DNA of 64,000 nucleotides from the human T2T-CHM13v2.0 reference genome, Homo sapiens: the NCBI RefSeq assembly GCF_009914755.1, contig NC_060938.1. One strand, given 5' to 3'. Below the pieces are notes generated by a model. It saw only the letters and a list, made by a program, of their open reading frames with translations. It was not told the DNA's origin and searched no databases. Within the stretch, counting starts at the first letter, position 1, and each line of letters begins with the position of its first letter. Positions 56,510 through 64,000 of this stretch are shown here, in pieces. Position numbers and translations under genes: made by a program.

Positions 56510-56981
56510 CTGTGCAGTCCCATATGATGGCCAGTAGGCATATATGGCTATTGAGCACCTGCAAAGTAGCTAGTGTGACTGAGAAGCTGAATTTTAGATT
56601 ATTTTTAATAAATGTAAATTCTAATTTTAAAACTAGAACAGTGTAGAATATTTTTCCATTAAACACAACTTTATTGTTTTGGTAGGGCTACATTTTTCAC
56701 TTCAACTGTTGAAAATCTAGTGTCCAAATTGAGATATACCATAAGTGTAAAATATACGCCAGATTTGGAAGTCTTTGAGAAAAAAAGAATGTAAAATATT
56801 TAATGTGTATTATATTGATTATATGTTTAAATGATAATATTTGAATATATTGGTTAAATAAAAATATTTAAGGATTAATTTAATCTTTCTTTTTACTCTT
56901 TTGATGTGCCTGTTAAGCAATGTGTCACAAATTACACACAAAAAAATGTGGCTCATGATAGATTTCCATCAGACAGCACTG
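56510..56981. mobile_element. MER3/MER33/Charlie5-family hAT element
   Basis: TIRs ctgtgcagtcc / gacagcactg; 8-bp TSD ctctagaa/ctctagag. Confidence 0.8.
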
Positions 56982-57422
56982 CTCTAGAGAAAAACCATCT
57001 ACCTAGTCTCTTGGCCCACAGCCTAGGGAATTCCTCCTCCTCCTCTCCCTGCTGTTCCAAAGACAGAAGAAGTTTGTTTCCAACCTTCACAATCAGGAGT
57101 GAAAACAGAGATTCCATGAAACCAAGAGGAGACTAACGTTTTTAAGTTAGGTATATACGTAAACCAACAGTTTCTAATTTGGAGATGGCTATAGCATCAT
57201 AGAAACTGTTTTCTTCATACAGATTATCTGTAACTTTTACTTTTGTTCACTTGGGGGGAAAAAGATTAATAAATTGATTCTTACAGGTAGAAAGCTATAA
57301 CTATGAGTTATAACTTTCTATTTGTATCTAGCAACACAATCCTTCAAAAGGCAGCATACACTGTAGTTGGTGTACAACCACCCTGGAAAAGAGTTTGGAA
57401 AATTAAGTTAAGACATATGATC

Positions 57423-57717
<295 letters not shown>

Positions 57718-57734
57718 TCAAATTTCAAAAAAAC

Positions 57735-58810
57735 TAAAAACATGTTCACAAGACATATATTCAAAATAAGACTCGTACACAAAGAGTCATAGTTTTGTTC
57801 ATAATAGCAAAAAACTAGAAACACCAAAATGCCCATCAACAGGTGAATGACTAAACAAATTGTCGTATGGTCATACAGTGATACTACTTAGCAACAAAAA
57901 GAAACTTAACTATGGAATACAAAAGTCCTCCCTTATCCACAGTTGTGCTTTCCACAGTTTCAGTTACCTGTGGTCAAAAAATATTAAATAGTTCCAGAAA
58001 TAAATAATTCATAGGTTTTAAATTGCATGCGATTCTAAGTAGCATGATGAAATCTCACACCATCCCACCTGGAACAGGAATCATCCCCTTGCAGCTATCC
58101 AGGCTGTATATGTTACCTGCCCCTTAGTCAGTAGCCTTCTCGATGATCAGATTGAAAAACACAGTGTATACAGGGTTCCGTACCATCCAAGGTTTCAGGC
58201 ATCACGAGGGATCTTGGAAGATATCCCCTGAAGATGAGGGGTGGGTGGACTACTGTAAATGCAACAACACATGGGTGAACCTTAGAAACAGGTTGGTTAC
58301 ATGCTATATAATTCCTTTTATATGAAGATTTAGGAGACAAAACTAATTTATAAAGACAAATCAGATTAGTGGTTGCCTGGGGTTGTGGGTAGCCAGGAGG
58401 ATATTGACTGCAAAGTAGTTTGAGGAAACTTTTTAAGGTGATGAAAATGTTCTTATTTTTTTTTGAGACAGGATCTTGTTCTGAAGTGCAGTGGCACTGT
58501 AACCTCATACTCCTGGGCTCAAGTGATCTTCCCACCTCAGCCTCTGAAGTAGCTTGAACTACAGGCATATGCCACCATATGCAGCTAATTTTTAAATTTT
58601 TCTGTAGAGACAGGGTCTTGCTATGTTGCCCAGACTGGTCTCAACCCTGTGGCCTTTAGTGATTTTCTCGCCTCAGCCTGAGCCACTGGGTCCAGCCTGA
58701 CGTAAATATTCTATCTCCTGATTGCGGTGGTGGTTACATTAGTGTGTATATTTATCCAACTAAATACTTTAAAATAGGTGCCTTTTTTGCATATAAATTA
58801 TACCTCAATA
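57735..58810 (+). mobile_element. L1MB/ME 3' fragment, with nested MER44A and an Alu (-, 58455-58697)
   Basis: caaaatgcccatcaacaggtgaatg..; cagattagtggttgcctggg..; aaattatacctcaata end. Confidence 0.7.
57920..58255. mobile_element. MER44A-like (TcMar-Tigger)
   Basis: TA-flanked; agtcctcccttatccacagtt..tttcagttacctgtggtcaa ... gactactg. Confidence 0.8.
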
Positions 58811-59111
<301 letters not shown>

Positions 59112-59159
59112 TTAACATGATAATTTGTGTCTATAGTACTTATCACACATTAGATTATC

Positions 59160-59672
59160 TGGTGGTTTTAAAAATATGTCTACAAATGCTTTATTCTCCT
59201 CCCTTCAAGGGATGGAGCCTATTGCTTCCTTTGGGTACAGATTGGACTTAGCGCCTTGCTTCTAGACAATAAGATGGCAGTGGTGGTGTGTGGTTTTGGA
59301 GACTAGGTCATAAAACAGCCCATAGTTTCTGTCTTTGTTGCTCCCTCTCTTAAGTCATTTGCCCTGGTGGAAGCCAGCTGTCACATCCTTAGATCATTTG
59401 CCTTGGGGGAAACCAGCTGTTCCTTACGACAAGAAACAGAGGCCAAGTCTTATGACAAGGAACAAGGCCAAATGACAAGGACAGAGACCTCTAGCTAACA
59501 GGTATGTGAGTGAGACTCCTGGAGGCAGATCCTTTAGTCCCAGTCATGCCTTCAGGTGACTGCAGTCCAGAGCTGACATCCTGCTTTTAACCTCAGAGCC
59601 ACCCAGTTAAGCTGCTTCTGGCTTCCTGACCTGCAGCAAGGGAGAAATTACATTTGCATGTAATTTTGTATC
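59160..59672. mobile_element. MLT1F/G-like MaLR LTR
   Basis: tggtggttttaaaaatatgtc..gactaggtcataaaa..cagtcatgccttcaggtgactgcag motifs. Confidence 0.7.
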
Positions 59673-60036
59673 ACAAAATCTCATTTATCTCTACTTCTAC
59701 TATTAAAAGAGCTTGTCCTTCTGTGTATATTTTAGATAAGAACTTATGAAATGTTGACTAAACTGCTGAACACCCTTTGAAATCGCTCCATTTTCTTCAT
59801 TAAAGTGAATTCTCACATTTTACCAAGATCCTAGGTATATTCATAGCCTATATTCAGTCTAAACTTAAAAGGAAAAAAAATCAGTGCATTTTTATGCGTG
59901 TTGCCAAACTGTTCTCAGCTCTCCAGTGCCCTGAGCTGAGATAACAAGGCTTGGGAGACTTGTGTGCTGTTCTGCCTTCCTGCATTTGCTTGAAGTGTTA
60001 CCCAGAGGCCATGAGGCCTGAAAGCTTTTAGTCTAA

Positions 60037-60672
<636 letters not shown>

Positions 60673-60764
60673 TAGTTAGCACTACCTCCTATATCTGATC
60701 TGTAATTTCCATCTGAAACTCCCTTCCTCTGGCTGACTTCCCCCAGTCTGTCTCATGACAGGTG

Positions 60765-61665
60765 GGAAGAAACCTAGTGCAACAATCCAGGCAAAAGATG
60801 ATGATGGCCTGGAGGAGGGTGGTAGCAGTGGGGATGGGGAGAAGTGGTTAGATTCTGGATATATTTTGAAGGTAGATAAACAGGATTTCCTGATGGGTTG
60901 AACGTGCCATGTGAAAGAACACCTGGATAACTGGAAACTGTGTCAGAATCAATAGTTCTGCCATGTAAAATTTGCAATACTCATTAGAAATCTAAATGAA
61001 GATTCCGGCTGATAGTTGAATACAGGATTCTGGAATTCAGGGCAGAAGTTCAGACTAAAGATAAATTTGGAGTAAACAGTATATAGATGAAATTTGAAGC
61101 CATGAGATCAGATGAAAGGGAGTGAGTGATAAAGAACATCATGATAAAAATAAAGACAAACAGTTAATACATACTATGTCCAGCACTGTTCTAAGCACTG
61201 TCATATATAAATTCAGTTTGTCTTCACAAGCACTGTAGGAGGTAGCTACTTTTATTATACTCATTTTATAAATAAGGAAGCTGAATTTCAGAGAAATTAA
61301 CTGACTTTCTTCTAATCAGACAGCTAGCAATTGACAGAGCTGGGATTCAAACCCAGGCAAAGAGAGAAGTAAAATATTCAATTTTAGAGCTTTGGGACAC
61401 TCCAAATATTAGCATACAAAGAGATAAATAAGAGCCAGCAAAGGGTTCTAAGGAGGAGGTTCCAGTGAGTTGGGAAGGGAAGTAAGAATGGTGTTTCAGA
61501 AGCCCAGAGAAGAAAATGGAGAAAATTATCAGCTTCATCAGATACTGCAGACAGGTCACATAGGATGACTGAAAAATGACTTTTGCATTTAACGAAGTGG
61601 CTGAAATCAGTGACTTTACATGTCAAGTTGAGTGAGTTCAAGAGAGAATAGGAGAAGAGACATTA
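60765..61665. mobile_element. L2 with a nested MIR (61165-61355)
   Basis: gatgatggcctggaggagggtggtagcagtgggg..gattctggatatattttgaaggtaga L2 motif; MIR core. Confidence 0.7.
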
Positions 61666-61676
61666 GAGTTCCACTC

Positions 61677-62295
<619 letters not shown>

Positions 62296-62558
62296 TCAGG
62301 CCAGATACCATCCAGACCCAGTCAGTCACAGGTATTCACATGTAAATATTAATTAAAGTAGCACTGAAATTTTTCACACAAAACAAAAGTGTGATTGGGA
62401 GCTTGGTGAGGAAAAGATATAGGTAATTTTATAGCCCTTTTCAAGCAGAACAAACTTCGTCTCCTCTTTCTTAACATTTGGGCTTGATCTTTCCTTCATT
62501 ATAAATTTTTCCAAGCCCTAAATTACCTACATCCTCTCTCGGAAATAAAATTTCTCAG

Positions 62559-62852
62559 GGCCAGGCGCGGTGGCTCACGCTTGTAATCCCAGCACTTTGG
62601 GAGGCCGAGGCGGGCGGATCACGAGGTCAGGAAATCGAGACCATCCTGGCTAACACGGTGAAACCCTGTCTCTACTAAAAATACAAAAAATTAACCAGGC
62701 TTGGTGGCAGGCACCTGTAGTCCCAGCTACTCAGGAGGCTGAGGCAGCAGAATGGCGTGAACCCACGAGGCAGAGCTCGCAGTGAGTCGAGATCGCGCCA
62801 CTGCACTGCAGCCTGGGTGACAGAGTGAGACTCCATCTCAAAAAAAAAAAAA
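62559..62852 (+). mobile_element. AluY
   Basis: Diagnostic gagaccatcctggctaacacgg and gaatggcgtgaacc; CpG-rich. Confidence 0.92.
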
Positions 62853-63069
62853 TTCTCATAGACCCTATTTTATTTCTTGACACATCTCCAGACTGGCATA
62901 GGACCACTCAGATGGGTACAAATAAAAGAATGATAAATGATTGACATTCTAAATATTGAATATCCTACCCTGAGGCTTTTGTTGACTCTTGTTTCCATAT
63001 TAAGCTCATGCTTCTTTTCTCTGTTTATATCACTCAGTCATTCACATTTAGAAAAAGTTTTATGTGTGT

Positions 63070-63375
63070 CTTTTTAAAATTTTTAAATTAAATTGATAAA
63101 AATTAGATATATTTATGACATACAACATAGTATTCTGAAATATGTTTACATTGTGGAATGGCTAAATCAAGCTAATTAACATTACCTCGCATACCATTTG
63201 TTTTGTGGTGAGAACATTTAAAATCTAGTCTCTTAAGTATACTAAAGTATACTATACATTGTTATTAACTATATACTCACCATGTTGTACAAATAGAGCT
63301 CTTGAACTTATTCCTCCTAACTGAAATTTTGTATCCTTTGACCAACATCTCCCCACTCCTCCCTCCAACTCATGT
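63070..63375 (-). mobile_element. L1MA 3' end fragment
   Basis: cattgtggaatggctaaatcaagctaattaaca..tcttgaacttattcctcctaactgaaattttgtatcctttgacc. Confidence 0.75.
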
Positions 63376-63929
63376 CTATTTTTTTAAAGCCATGTATAAG
63401 ATCCTGATTTTCCTATTATTGTGAGTACTTTCAGAGCAGTTTATTCACTGTTCCCACCCGCACCTTCACTAGATAGTAAAGCTCCTCCTGGTATAAGACC
63501 TTTTCTTTCTTTGAGTCTAGCACACTTATGTTCATTCACCATGCTTTTCCTTGTATTTTATTTGTCTTATCGTGTCCTTTTTCCTACCTTTCCTGTTCCT
63601 CTAGGATAAGGACTGTCACACAGATTTCAGTGCCTATAGCACAATGCTTAGCCCATTAAATGAGTGAATAGTTGTTAAAGCCAATTAGGTTGAATAATAC
63701 TAACCTGTACTGAATTACACTGGTGCAGATAGTGGGACCTTCCATTCCATATGACAACTGTATAATGTTCTTAGCTCAGGGATATACTATATTTAGCTAG
63801 ATTTATGAAAGTTTAAATCCTCCTATAAAACATCTAAATAAGAATAACCCAATTAAATTAGAAAAGTTCATTGTTTGTTGGTTTGCTTTTTGTTATTTTA
63901 TTATTTTATTTTATTTTATTTTAGATATT

Positions 63930-64000
63930 TGGCCAGACACGGTGGCTCATGCCTGTAATCCCAGCACTTTGGGAGGCCGAGGTGGGCAAATCATTTTAGG
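63930..64000 (+). mobile_element. Alu 5' end (runs off the window)
   Basis: ggccagacacggtggctcatgcctgtaatcccagcac. Confidence 0.9.

Overview
Human (or very close hominoid) DNA, recognised from the protein sequences as the 14q23.3 GPHN-GARIN2 (FAM71D) interval. It holds the last two coding exons and 3' UTR of gephyrin (GPHN, + strand, stop at 8060). It also holds essentially the whole testis gene GARIN2 (+ strand, about 16.5-55.7 kb, ATG at 25283, seven coding exons), with a sense-oriented processed SF3B4 pseudogene in one intron. The rest is repeat-dense: about 40 Alus, nested L1s of three ages, L2/MIR, MaLR LTRs and MER DNA transposons. I found no new protein-coding system. The most unusual signals are: (1) three direct-orientation copies of sequence lying 1-2 kb downstream (locally templated insertions), plus snap-back and micro-duplication scars, two of the copies lying next to a ~900-bp self-complementary AT-rich repeat; (2) a GARIN2 penultimate exon with two acceptors in different frames, one of them NMD-predicted; (3) a young L1 with no TSD and a probable short 3' transduction; (4) a trimeric Alu, a near-palindromic inverted Alu pair and a 72-bp Z-DNA tract. 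Repeat boundaries and subfamilies were called by eye and are approximate.
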